Position numbers and translations under genes: made by a program | Shown: one piece after another, positions 48,065 through 57,048 of the stretch | How the letters are laid out: each line of letters starts with the position of its first letter | Numbering within the stretch: the stretch's first letter is position 1 | Assembly: GCA_963755025.1 (NCBI GenBank) | Contig: CAVWIH010000013.1 | Location: 69,026 to 133,025, forward strand | Direction of reading: 5' to 3' | Source of the DNA: an uncultured Actinomycetes bacterium | GTDB taxonomy: Bacteria; Actinomycetota; Thermoleophilia; UBA2241 | Length of the DNA: 64,000 bases | Notes under the pieces: model-generated | What the model was told of the DNA's origin: nothing | Database searches by the model: none | What the model saw: the letters and a program-made list of their open reading frames with translations, nothing else

Positions 48065-49132
48065 ATGGCCACGCTTGATCTCCAAGGTATCCGCAAGGTG
48101 TTCGGCGCGACGGTGGCGCTCGAGGAGCTGTCGCTGTCGGTCGCATCGGGCGAGCTCGTGTCGCTGCTCGGGCCGAGCGGCTGCGGCAAGACCACCGCCC
48201 TGCGGATCGTGGCCGGCTTCGAGCAGCCGACCGACGGAGAGCTGCTGGTCGACGGCACCGACTTCGTCGGCGTGCCGGCCGCCAAACGCAACATGGGCAT
48301 GGTGTTCCAGGCGTACAGCCTGTTCCCCAACATGACGGCTCGGCAGAACGTCGAGTTCGGCATGCGCATGCGCAAGAAGTCGCGTGTCGACTGTCGCAAG
48401 CGCGCCGAGGAGTTGCTCGGCCTGGTCGGACTGGCCGAGCGCATCGGCAACTACCCGCACGAGCTGTCGGGCGGCCAGCAGCAGCGCGTCGCCTTGGCCC
48501 GCGCACTCGCCATCGAGCCGGCCATCCTGCTGCTCGACGAGCCGCTGTCGGCGCTCGACGCCAAGGTGCGCGTGGAGTTGCGCCAGCAGATCCGTCAGGT
48601 GCAGACGCGTCTGGGCATCACGACGCTGTACGTGACCCACGACCAGGAAGAGGCGCTGTCGATCTCCGACCGCATCGCCGTCATGTCGCAGGGCAACCTT
48701 CAGCAGATCGGCGCGCCGGCCGACATCTACCGCAGTCCGCGCACCGAGTTCGTGGCCAACTTCGTCGGCCTCATGAACGGCTTCGAGGGCCGGCTGCAGT
48801 CGGCCGGCACTGTGCTGCTCGGAGCCGGCGGGCGTCCGCTCGGCGTGCCCGAGGTCGACGGTTGCGCCGCCGGCGACCACGTCCTTGTCCTCATCCGCCC
48901 CGAATCTATCGAGCTCCACGAGCTTCTCGACGGCGCCGCGCCGTCCGAGGGCGCGTTCGAGGGCAAGGTGATCATGCACACGTTCCTCGGCTCGGTCACG
49001 CGCGTCGCCCTGACGTCGGACCTCGGCGACCTGGTCGCCGACGAGCCCAGCCTGCGCGCCCTGAGCATGCCGCCCGACACTCGCGTGGCGGTGCGGGTCG
49101 ATCCCGCCGGCGTGCGCATGCTCAAGCGGTAG
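48065..49132 (+). CDS. ABC ATP-binding protein (PotA-like, C-terminal TOBE)
   Basis: GPSGCGKT, LSGGQ, LLLDEP. Confidence 0.94.
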   Translation: MATLDLQGIRKVFGATVALEELSLSVASGELVSLLGPSGCGKTTALRIVAGFEQPTDGELLVDGTDFVGVPAAKRNMGMVFQAYSLFPNMTARQNVEFGMRMRKKSRVDCRKRAEELLGLVGLAERIGNYPHELSGGQQQRVALARALAIEPAILLLDEPLSALDAKVRVELRQQIRQVQTRLGITTLYVTHDQEEALSISDRIAVMSQGNLQQIGAPADIYRSPRTEFVANFVGLMNGFEGRLQSAGTVLLGAGGRPLGVPEVDGCAAGDHVLVLIRPESIELHELLDGAAPSEGAFEGKVIMHTFLGSVTRVALTSDLGDLVADEPSLRALSMPPDTRVAVRVDPAGVRMLKR

Positions 49133-49155
49133 CCGCTTCCGCAAAGCCCGGCGCG

Positions 49156-49386
49156 CTACCCCTCCGCCTCGTCGGGCGGCTCCTCCATGAGGTCTTCGAA
49201 GATATTGACGGGCTCGTCTGAGGCCGTCGGTTCGGTGCCGCCCCACGAGCGGAACTCCTCGTCCAAGTCGGGCGAGTCCCACAGCTCGGGGAAGGGCTCG
49301 TCGGGGTGGCTGGCGGCGTAGTGCCGCCGGTACTGGTCGGCGCTCGTAAAGGTCGCGCCGCACTGCGCGCAGATGATGTTGGGCAT
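49156..49386 (-). CDS. Small C2H2 zinc-finger protein with acidic tail
   Basis: CAQC-GATFTSADQYRR-H-YAAS-H fits C-x2-C-x12-H-x4-H; RBS GAGGTG. Confidence 0.7.
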   Translation of the reverse strand: MPNIICAQCGATFTSADQYRRHYAASHPDEPFPELWDSPDLDEEFRSWGGTEPTASDEPVNIFEDLMEEPPDEAEG

Positions 49387-49403
49387 GGCTCTCACCTCGA
49401 TCC

Positions 49404-50078
49404 TCACGTGCCGAACAGCTCGCCTTCGTCGCGCACGTCGGCGTAGGGCTCGTCGTCGGGGTCGGCCACGCGGCGCAGCAGTCCGTCTTCGTGCCGGTCG
49501 ACTTCGTCATCGGGATCGGTCTCGCCCAGGGCCGTCGGCTCGTCTTCGTCTTCGATCTCGGCGTACTCCGGCGGAAAGCCCTCGTGCTCCAGATAGCCGC
49601 CCTCTTCGACGATCTCGTACTGCTTGAAACGCGCGTCGTCGTGAGCCACGTCGTCGCGACTGGCGGCGGGCTCGTGCATCCCGCCGTGGGGGCTGACGTC
49701 GCCGCCGATCCCCACGTCGCCGCCGCCGGTGCCGTACTCGCGCATGTCGCCGGTGCTGTACTCGTGGTTGAGACTGAGCCGGCCCGAGCGCTGCTGCTCG
49801 GCGTCGACGTCGAGCGCGCTCACGATGCCGCTGCCCACGTCGACGCCTCCGCCGCCGCTGCCCATGCCGGTACCCACATCGTCGTCGCCCGCCCCGGAGC
49901 CGCCGCCTCCGACCGCACCGGTGCCGCCGCCGGTGCGCACGTCGCCGGTCTCGAGCTCGGCGCCCGCCTGGTCCACGCCCGGCTCGGTCGCGCCCAGCGG
50001 TTCGTCGCCCGCCCGGTCTCTGCCTGGCTCGGTCGGGCCTAGCGCTTCGTCGCCGCGCGGCTCCTTGTCGTCTGCCAC
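49404..50078 (-). CDS. Acidic, Gly-rich, probably disordered hypothetical protein
   Basis: RBS GGGAGG + GTG; D/E/G-rich with an internal 15-aa duplication. Confidence 0.7.
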   Translation of the reverse strand: MADDKEPRGDEALGPTEPGRDRAGDEPLGATEPGVDQAGAELETGDVRTGGGTGAVGGGGSGAGDDDVGTGMGSGGGGVDVGSGIVSALDVDAEQQRSGRLSLNHEYSTGDMREYGTGGGDVGIGGDVSPHGGMHEPAASRDDVAHDDARFKQYEIVEEGGYLEHEGFPPEYAEIEDEDEPTALGETDPDDEVDRHEDGLLRRVADPDDEPYADVRDEGELFGT

Positions 50079-50222
50079 AGTGCCTCCCTCGGTCGCGCGC
50101 TGCTGCGCCCTGATCTGCTCCGTGAGTGCACGGTTCCCGACTTGCGCGGCGGCCTCACCAGGCGAGTCGGCGTGCCTCGCCGCGGAGCGCCGGCCGCCGC
50201 CGGCGGGGCGGGCGGCGCTTTG

Positions 50223-51701
50223 TCAGCCGTCGACCACGATGCCGTCGAGGGGCCCCAGCAGGCGCCGCAGTCGCCGCGAGACGTGGGGCAGGCCGGCGAG
50301 GCGATGGGTCATCGCCTCGCCGGCCTCGCGGCGCGCCTGCTGCGCGGCGGCGATCGGCCGCCAGCGCGCGTCGATGAGCTCGATGGGGTCGCCCTGGAGC
50401 TCCACGGGCGGCGCCTCGAGGTGCTCCGTCCACAGGCGGAGGCGCGCCGCCCGCGCCAGCTCCGGGTCGTGGGCGACCACGTTGACCTCGGTGTCGTTGA
50501 AGAGCGAGTGGTCGTTCAGGTTGGCCGAGCCGACCGTGAGCCAGTCGTCGTCGACGACGCCCACCTTGGCGTGCACGTAGACCGGCGCCGACGTGGCGCC
50601 GGCGCTGCGCGCGTAGAGCGTGGCGGCCAGCAGGCGCTGGCCGCCGCGGTCGGCGGCGGCCAGCACGCCGAGCTGCCCCTGGGTGTCGTCTTCGCCGCTG
50701 TCCGCCCTGGACGGCAGCAGCAGGACCAGGCGAAAGTCGGGCGACGGCGGGTGCGCGAGCTTGTCGCGCAGGGCGGCGACGATCTCGGGGGCCCAGAGGA
50801 ACTGGTTCTCCAGGTAGATGAAGCGCCGCGCGCCGCGAATGGCGCGCAGGTACGACTCGAGAATGCGAAAGCTGCCGTTGGGGGCGCCGGCGTAGCGACG
50901 CTCAGGGATCGTGGTCACAAGCTGCGCCTCGACGTCGCCGGCGGCCGCGGGGTAGACGACGGGCAGGCTCTCGCCGGTCACCTGGCGCCAGCGCAGGGCC
51001 AGGTGGGCGGCCACGTCGCCCACTATGGGGCCGTGCAGCTCGCAGGCCACGTCGTGCCAGCCGCGCACCCGGCGGTAGGCGTGCTCGGAGGAGTCGAAGC
51101 GGTCGAGCGGGTCGTCGGTCAAGTCGATGCCGCCCACGAAGGCGACCTCACCGTCGATCACGATGACCTTTTCGTGGTGGGCGTGCAGCGGACGCTCGCG
51201 GTCGTCGAGCGCCACGCTGATGTGCGTGTCGGCGGTGAGCTCGCGACGTGCCGCCAGGGCGTTCAGCCGCCAGGGTCGAAAGACGGGCAGCGGCGCCCCC
51301 GCCCACAGCAGCACGCGCACGGGCAGACGCTCGGCGAGCTCGGCGAGCACGTCGCGCAGCACGACGGGGCGCTCGGAGCGCGTCAGGGCAAAGCCGGGAG
51401 TGATCTCCCAGCCGGCGATCGTGACGTGGGAGCGGGCGGCGAGGAGCGCCTCGGCAACGCGCGGCAGCGCGGTCGCCCCGTCGACCAGCAGCTCGCATGC
51501 GTTGCCGCGGCGCGGCGGGGGAGACCCGGCCGCCCAGCGGCCGGGCCCGGGCGCGAGCGCCTCACTCCAGCCGAGGCGGGCGAGACGACGGCTGTGGTGG
51601 GCGGCGACCTGCCGCTCCAGGTCGTCGCCCAGCGCGTCGTCGAGGCGGTCGGCGGCGCGGCGCCATTGCGCCGGCGCCGCGCCGGAGCCGGTGCGCGCCA
51701 C
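50223..51701 (-). CDS. Phospholipase D family protein
   Basis: Two HKD motifs: HHEKVIVID and HAKVGVVDD..GSANLN. Confidence 0.92.
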   Translation of the reverse strand: MARTGSGAAPAQWRRAADRLDDALGDDLERQVAAHHSRRLARLGWSEALAPGPGRWAAGSPPPRRGNACELLVDGATALPRVAEALLAARSHVTIAGWEITPGFALTRSERPVVLRDVLAELAERLPVRVLLWAGAPLPVFRPWRLNALAARRELTADTHISVALDDRERPLHAHHEKVIVIDGEVAFVGGIDLTDDPLDRFDSSEHAYRRVRGWHDVACELHGPIVGDVAAHLALRWRQVTGESLPVVYPAAAGDVEAQLVTTIPERRYAGAPNGSFRILESYLRAIRGARRFIYLENQFLWAPEIVAALRDKLAHPPSPDFRLVLLLPSRADSGEDDTQGQLGVLAAADRGGQRLLAATLYARSAGATSAPVYVHAKVGVVDDDWLTVGSANLNDHSLFNDTEVNVVAHDPELARAARLRLWTEHLEAPPVELQGDPIELIDARWRPIAAAQQARREAGEAMTHRLAGLPHVSRRLRRLLGPLDGIVVDG

Positions 51702-51728
51702 GACGCTCCGATCCCTGCGCTGCCCGGT

Positions 51729-52148
51729 CTACGCCGCGGCCTGGCTCTCGGCCAGGTCCTTGAACGACTCGAGGCCCTCGGTCACGCGGCGCTCCATCCA
51801 GCGCTCGAGCGCGGTCGGGTCGCCTTCCCAGGCGCTCGGGTCGTACTCGAGCTGGTAGGTGATGCTGGTGCGGCCGCCGCTCAGCTTCTCGAAGCGCACC
51901 TCGCCGACCTCGCGGCCGTCGATCGCCTGCCACTCGATCTTCTGCTCGTCGACGTGCTCGACGATGTCCGTGTCCCACTCGTAGGTCTCGCCCTCGACGT
52001 CGGCGACCCAGAGCAGCTGGTCCTCGGGCACCAGCGTCACCGACTCTATCGAGACCATGAAGGACGGATAGTCCTCATAAGCAGTCCAAAGCGCGTAGAC
52101 GTCGCGCACGTCGGCGTCTACCTCGATGCTCTTGTCGATGAAGGCCAT
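51729..52148 (-). CDS. SRPBCC (polyketide cyclase-like) protein
   Basis: KSIEVDA..VY..WT.YEDYPSFM, LESFK; RBS AAGGAGG. Confidence 0.9.
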   Translation of the reverse strand: MAFIDKSIEVDADVRDVYALWTAYEDYPSFMVSIESVTLVPEDQLLWVADVEGETYEWDTDIVEHVDEQKIEWQAIDGREVGEVRFEKLSGGRTSITYQLEYDPSAWEGDPTALERWMERRVTEGLESFKDLAESQAAA

Positions 52149-52326
52149 GCCGGCCTCCTTTGCGATTCGTTGAACAGTCGTCAAGCGAAGGCTTCCCGGC
52201 TGCCGCTAAGGTATGCCGCCGTCCGTGAGGCTCCGGCAGCTCCCGTGGCCGTCCACTGTTTTGCGCCGCAGACGCGGTGGTACCGAACAAGGCACGCATC
52301 GGCCGATCACGCAGCAGGAGGACGAC

Positions 52327-52734
52327 ATGCCCACTCCAGATCGAGCCCGCGCCGGCGACGATGCCGAGATGCCGGCCACCGTCAGGCGTTCGCCGGCCAA
52401 GGCGCAACGCACCTGGAAAGAGACCCACGACAGCGCCGTGGAGCAGTATGGCGAGGGCGAACGCGCCCACCGCACCGCTTATGCGTCGCTGAAGCATTCC
52501 TACGAGAAGCGCGGCGACCGCTGGGTCGCCAAAAAAGCGAAGGGGGCGTCGGACCCGCGTTCGAAGCAGCCGACCGCTCTCGCCCGGCGGGGCGTGGGCA
52601 AGACCTACGGCGGCCTCGACTACTACGGCCACACCAAGGCCGAGCTCCTCGAGATCGCCCGGCAGCTCGGCGCCGGGGTGACCACGCGCATGACCAAAGA
52701 GCAGATCGCCGACGCCATCGCCCGCAAGCAGTAG
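52327..52734 (+). CDS. ChaB family protein with C-terminal Rho_N-like helix pair
   Basis: RSPAKAQRTWKETHDSAVEQYGEGERAHRTAYASLKH; TKAELLEIA..MTKEQI. Confidence 0.9.
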   Translation: MPTPDRARAGDDAEMPATVRRSPAKAQRTWKETHDSAVEQYGEGERAHRTAYASLKHSYEKRGDRWVAKKAKGASDPRSKQPTALARRGVGKTYGGLDYYGHTKAELLEIARQLGAGVTTRMTKEQIADAIARKQ

Positions 52735-52751
52735 CGTGCGGGGGGCAAGCG

Positions 52752-53840
52752 ATGCCGCGGCTGCGCACCTCTTACCCCGGCGAGCCCGGCATCGCCCGCC
52801 GGCGCACCGCCGACGGCTTTGCCTACGTCGACCACCGCGGACGGCCGGTCGCCGACGCCGCCACCCTCGACCGCATAGCGGCGCTCGCCATACCGCCGGC
52901 CTGGGACGACGTCTGGATCAGCCCTTACCAGAACGGTCATATCCAGGCGGCCGGCACCGACGCCGCCGGCCGCCGCCAGTACCTCTACCACGAGAAGTGG
53001 CGCGAACGCCGCGACGGAGAGAAGTTCGACCGCATGCTGGCCTTTGCCGCCGCCCTGCCCGACGTGCGCCGCGCGGCCGCCGCCCATCTGGGCGGCGTCC
53101 GCGCGGCCCCCGACGGGGCCCTGGCGGCCAGCGACCTCACGCGCGAGCGGGTGCTGGCCTGCGCCCTGCGCCTGCTCGACCTGGGCTTCTTTCGCATAGG
53201 CGGCGAGGCCTACGCCGAAGAGAACAAGACCTTCGGCCTGGCGACCATGCGCAAGGAACACGTGACGCTCGCCCCGCCGGACACGGTCGTCTTTTCCTAC
53301 GTGGCCAAAAGCCACAAGGAGCGCGTGCAGACGGTGTCGGACGCCGAGGTCTACCGGGTCGTGGCGCGTCTCAAGCGGCGGCGCGCGGGCGGTGACGACC
53401 TGCTCGCCTGGCGCCACGACGGCGCCTGGCGCGACGTGCGCTCGCAGGACATCAACGAGTACCTCAAAGAGATCACCGGCGGCGACTACACGGCCAAGGA
53501 CTTTCGCACCTGGCACGCGACCGTGCTGGCCGCCGTCGGCCTGGCGGTCTCGACGCGGGTGCGACGTTCGCCGACCGCCAGCCGCCGGGCGATCGTCCGG
53601 GTCGTCAAAGAGGTGGCCCACTACCTGGGCAACACGCCGGCGGTGGCCCGCAGCTCGTACATCGACCCGCGGGTCATCGAGCGCTACCTCGCCGGCCGCA
53701 CCATCGCCGCCACGCTCGACGCCCTCGGCGGCGACGACGTGTTCACCGACCCCGGCGCCCGCAACGTGGCGGAGCGCGCGGTCATCGCCCTGATCGCGCC
53801 GCGCGCCGCGCGGCACGAACGCGAGGCCGCGGCGGCCTGA
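52752..53840 (+). CDS. DNA topoisomerase IB (bacterial, poxvirus-like)
   Basis: IPPAWDDVWI, GRRQYLYH, FRIG, KDFRTW, LGNTP..SYIDP catalytic residues. Confidence 0.95.
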   Translation: MPRLRTSYPGEPGIARRRTADGFAYVDHRGRPVADAATLDRIAALAIPPAWDDVWISPYQNGHIQAAGTDAAGRRQYLYHEKWRERRDGEKFDRMLAFAAALPDVRRAAAAHLGGVRAAPDGALAASDLTRERVLACALRLLDLGFFRIGGEAYAEENKTFGLATMRKEHVTLAPPDTVVFSYVAKSHKERVQTVSDAEVYRVVARLKRRRAGGDDLLAWRHDGAWRDVRSQDINEYLKEITGGDYTAKDFRTWHATVLAAVGLAVSTRVRRSPTASRRAIVRVVKEVAHYLGNTPAVARSSYIDPRVIERYLAGRTIAATLDALGGDDVFTDPGARNVAERAVIALIAPRAARHEREAAAA

Positions 53841-53963
53841 ATCGGCTGCCGGCAAACTAGGCGGGCAACGCTCATAACCCCCCGACCTCCGGGTACAACA
53901 GGGGCGCCCGCCGCAGAAGGAGCGCCGCGGGCAGGTCGTATCTGGGGCAATGAGGGGGTACCG

Positions 53964-55487
53964 GTGTCACTTGCAACAGTCACTCGGAACAGCGCAGTCG
54001 CGAGCACGCAGAGCCACGCGCCGTGGCCGCAGAGCTCCGAGACGCTCACCACCATCTCGGCGGTGCGCCGCTTCTTCTACCGCAACACGCGGCCGATCTA
54101 CTCGATCGGTCCTACCGACTTCAACCTCGCCGGCATGGACGAGTGGATCGCCAACTTTCGCCACATCTGCCAGATCGACTGCTACGACGGGCGCCACCCC
54201 AACGTCTTCGTGCCGCGCCCGGCCGAGCACGACGAGTTTCGCAGCATCCCCGACATCAACAACTACCTGCTGCGCCACGAGCAGGTCGTCGAGCACATCG
54301 CGGCGCGCGGCGACGACGGCGTCGCCGTGTTCCTCATGTTCGACGAGACCACCGAGGAGATCTGTCGCGAGATGGGGCTGTCGGTCTGGTTCCCGGCGGC
54401 CGAGCTGCGCGAGCGCTGCGACAGCAAGGTCGAGACCGTGCGCCTGGGCAACCGCGCCGGCGTGCCCAGCGTGCCCAACGTGCTCGCCCGTGTCAGGAGC
54501 TACCCCGAGCTGCGCCAGCTGGCGGCCGCCGCCGGCCTGGGCAGGCACCTGGTCGTGCAGACGCCGTTCGGCGACTCCGGCCACACCACGTTCTTCATCT
54601 CGAACCGCGCCGACTGGCGGCGTCACGCGGCGGCCATCGCGGCCGAGTCCGAGGTGAAGGTCATGCGGCGCATCGACCCGTTGGGAGCCACGCTCGAAGC
54701 CTGCGCCACCCGCTGCGGCACCGTCGTCGGGCCGCTGCTCACCGAGATCGTCGGCCACAGCGAGCTCACCCCCTACCGCGGCGGCTGGGCCGGTAACGAG
54801 GTCTTCACCGGCGCCTTCAGCGAGGCGGTGCGCGCCAAGGCGCGCGAGTACACCGAGCGTCTCGGCGCGCAGCTGCTCGCCGAAGGCTACCGCGGGTACT
54901 TCGACCTCGACTTTCTGATCGACCGCCACGACGGCGAGCTCTACCTGGGCGAGCTCAACCCGCGCATCTGCGGGGCCAGCCCGCTCACCAACCACGCCGC
55001 CTTCGCCCACGCCGACGTGCCCCTCTTTCTGTTCCACCTGCTCGAGTTCTCCGGCGTCGAGTTCGACCTGGACATCGCCGAGCTGAACGCGCGCTGGGCC
55101 GACCCGCGCTTTATCGACAGCTGGAGCGCGGTCGTGCTCAAGAGCACCTCGGCCGACGTCGACCAGGTGACCGCCGCACCGCAGTCGGGCCTCTGGCGGC
55201 TGCACGGCGACGGCGTGGCCTACGAGCGCTTCGACTACCGTCGCGCGGCCGTCCAGGACGAGCGCCAGGGCCTCTACCTGCGCATCACCGGTCCCGGCGA
55301 CTGGCGCTACGAGGGCGCCGACCTGGGCATCCTGATCACCCGCGGCCGCCTCATGACCGACGACTTCGAGCTCACCGATCGCGCTCGCGAGTGGGTCGTC
55401 GGCCTGAACTCGCATTATCAGTCGGAGGCCCCCGTCGCGAGCGCCGTCGCGACCGCGCCGGGCGGTCACCTCTTCAAGCTGCAGTAG
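53964..55487 (+). CDS. ATP-grasp protein (actinobacterial biotin-carboxylase-like family)
   Basis: QTPFGDSGHTTFF, GYFDLDF, LGELNPR. Confidence 0.85.
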   Translation: MSLATVTRNSAVASTQSHAPWPQSSETLTTISAVRRFFYRNTRPIYSIGPTDFNLAGMDEWIANFRHICQIDCYDGRHPNVFVPRPAEHDEFRSIPDINNYLLRHEQVVEHIAARGDDGVAVFLMFDETTEEICREMGLSVWFPAAELRERCDSKVETVRLGNRAGVPSVPNVLARVRSYPELRQLAAAAGLGRHLVVQTPFGDSGHTTFFISNRADWRRHAAAIAAESEVKVMRRIDPLGATLEACATRCGTVVGPLLTEIVGHSELTPYRGGWAGNEVFTGAFSEAVRAKAREYTERLGAQLLAEGYRGYFDLDFLIDRHDGELYLGELNPRICGASPLTNHAAFAHADVPLFLFHLLEFSGVEFDLDIAELNARWADPRFIDSWSAVVLKSTSADVDQVTAAPQSGLWRLHGDGVAYERFDYRRAAVQDERQGLYLRITGPGDWRYEGADLGILITRGRLMTDDFELTDRAREWVVGLNSHYQSEAPVASAVATAPGGHLFKLQ

Positions 55488-55491
55488 GCCG

Positions 55492-56832
55492 ATGGGATCC
55501 GACCGACCAACCGCTCCCGAGCTCGGACCCACCGCGCCCGAGGCCGGGCCCGCGCCTCCCGAGCCCGGACCCACCGCGCCCGAGGCCGGAACCGCGCCTC
55601 CCGAGCTCGGACCCACGCCCGGCGCCGCGCCGGGCGCCGACCGGCTCGCCACGCTCGAGAACTGGGAGCGCGCGCCGTGGAACCGCTGGTCGTTCCAGCA
55701 CGTGCGCCAGATCATTCCCTCGGCGCGCATCAGCCGCGGGCGCGGGCCGGTGCGCGAGCTGCCGGCCGCACCGGCCGACCTCGACGGCCTCACTTTCGAG
55801 ACCTCGCAAGGCGCCACGACACTCACCGGGCTGCTGGCGCGCTTGTACGTTGACGGCTTCCTCGTGCTGCATCGCGGACGGATCGTCACCGAGCAGTACT
55901 TCAACGGCATGGAGCGCGACACGCCGCACCTGTTGCAGTCGATCTCGAAGTCGGTCACCGGCGGCGTCGTGGGTGCGCTGGTGGGCAGGGGCCGGCTCGA
56001 CCCGGCGCGTCCGGTCAGCGACCACATCGCCGAGCTCGCCGGCACGTCGTTCGAGGGCGCTACCGTGCGCCACCTGCTCGACATGTCGGCCGGTACGCGC
56101 TTCTCCGAGGACTACGACGACCCCGAGTCCGACGTGAGCCTCTACGAGGGCGCCGTCGGCTGGCGGCCGGTCGCCTGCGACGAAGACGAGCTCGACCTGC
56201 TCAGCTACGTCGTGGGCCTTCCCAACCACCGCGAGCACGGCGGGCTGTTCGAGTACCGCTCCATCCTCACCGACGTGCTCGGCATCGTCGTCGAGCGCGT
56301 CAGCGGGTTGCGCTTCGCCGAGGCCATGAGCGAGCTCCTCTGGTCGCAGCTCGGCGCCGGGTACGACGCCGAGATCACGGTCGACCGCCACGGCTTTGCC
56401 CTGACCGACGGCGGCATCTCGATGACGCTGCGCGACCTGGCCCGGTTCGGCCAGCTCTACCTGCAGAGCGGTTGCTGGGACGGCCATCAGGTGGTGCCGG
56501 CCTCGTGGGTCAACGACACGCGCTACGCCGACGACGACTGCCGGCAGGCCTTCGCCGCCTCGAGCGACGCGCGGCGCCTCGGCTTTTGCGACCCCTCCGA
56601 GGCCCTCTGCTACACCAAGGCGCATTACCGCAACTGCTGGTGGGTGGTCGATCCCCAGCTCGGCGTGCTGCTCGGCTCGGGCATCTACGGCCAGACCCTG
56701 TATGTGAACATGTTCGCCAACGCCGTGGTCGCCATCCTGTCGTCGCAGCCCACGCCGTTCGACGGCGACGGCGCGGGCGATGTGCTCCAAGCCTGCACGG
56801 CCATCTCGTCGGCGCTCGCGATACTGCCGTAG
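55492..56832 (+). CDS. Serine hydrolase, 6-aminohexanoate-dimer hydrolase (NylB)-like
   Basis: PWNRWSFQH, QSISKS (SxxK), FEYRS, GSGIYGQ. Confidence 0.9.
   Translation: MGSDRPTAPELGPTAPEAGPAPPEPGPTAPEAGTAPPELGPTPGAAPGADRLATLENWERAPWNRWSFQHVRQIIPSARISRGRGPVRELPAAPADLDGLTFETSQGATTLTGLLARLYVDGFLVLHRGRIVTEQYFNGMERDTPHLLQSISKSVTGGVVGALVGRGRLDPARPVSDHIAELAGTSFEGATVRHLLDMSAGTRFSEDYDDPESDVSLYEGAVGWRPVACDEDELDLLSYVVGLPNHREHGGLFEYRSILTDVLGIVVERVSGLRFAEAMSELLWSQLGAGYDAEITVDRHGFALTDGGISMTLRDLARFGQLYLQSGCWDGHQVVPASWVNDTRYADDDCRQAFAASSDARRLGFCDPSEALCYTKAHYRNCWWVVDPQLGVLLGSGIYGQTLYVNMFANAVVAILSSQPTPFDGDGAGDVLQACTAISSALAILP
55510..55614 (+). repeat. 21-bp tandem repeat x5 (TAPE.GP units) at the hydrolase N-terminus
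   Basis: accgcgcccgaggccgg.. alternating with gcgcctcccgagc.cggaccc. Confidence 0.85.
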
Positions 56833-57048
56833 GACGGCGAAGCGGCTGGGGCCGCCCCGCCGCCCGCTCGAAGTGACCGCCGCGCCGCGCCGGGGTAAGC
56901 CCTGAAATGAGTGCTTCGACCGTCCCTGCCCCTTCTGGAGCGACCTGCCGATGCCGCCATGGAACCTGATCGTCTTGTGAGAGGCGGCCGCGGGCCGCGG
57001 GCGGCCCGCGGTGCGACCTGCGGCGAGCTCGCCGACCAGAGCACGTGC

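Noticed and set aside
50142-52751. 1232-aa ORF suggesting a giant TopIB fusion
   Set aside because: The N-terminal 870 codons are the antisense shadow of PLD/SRPBCC and overlap ChaB; the real start is ATG 52752
52752-53840. Tyrosine recombinase/integrase of a mobile element
   Set aside because: Motifs are those of TopIB; no att repeats, tRNA or mobility genes nearby
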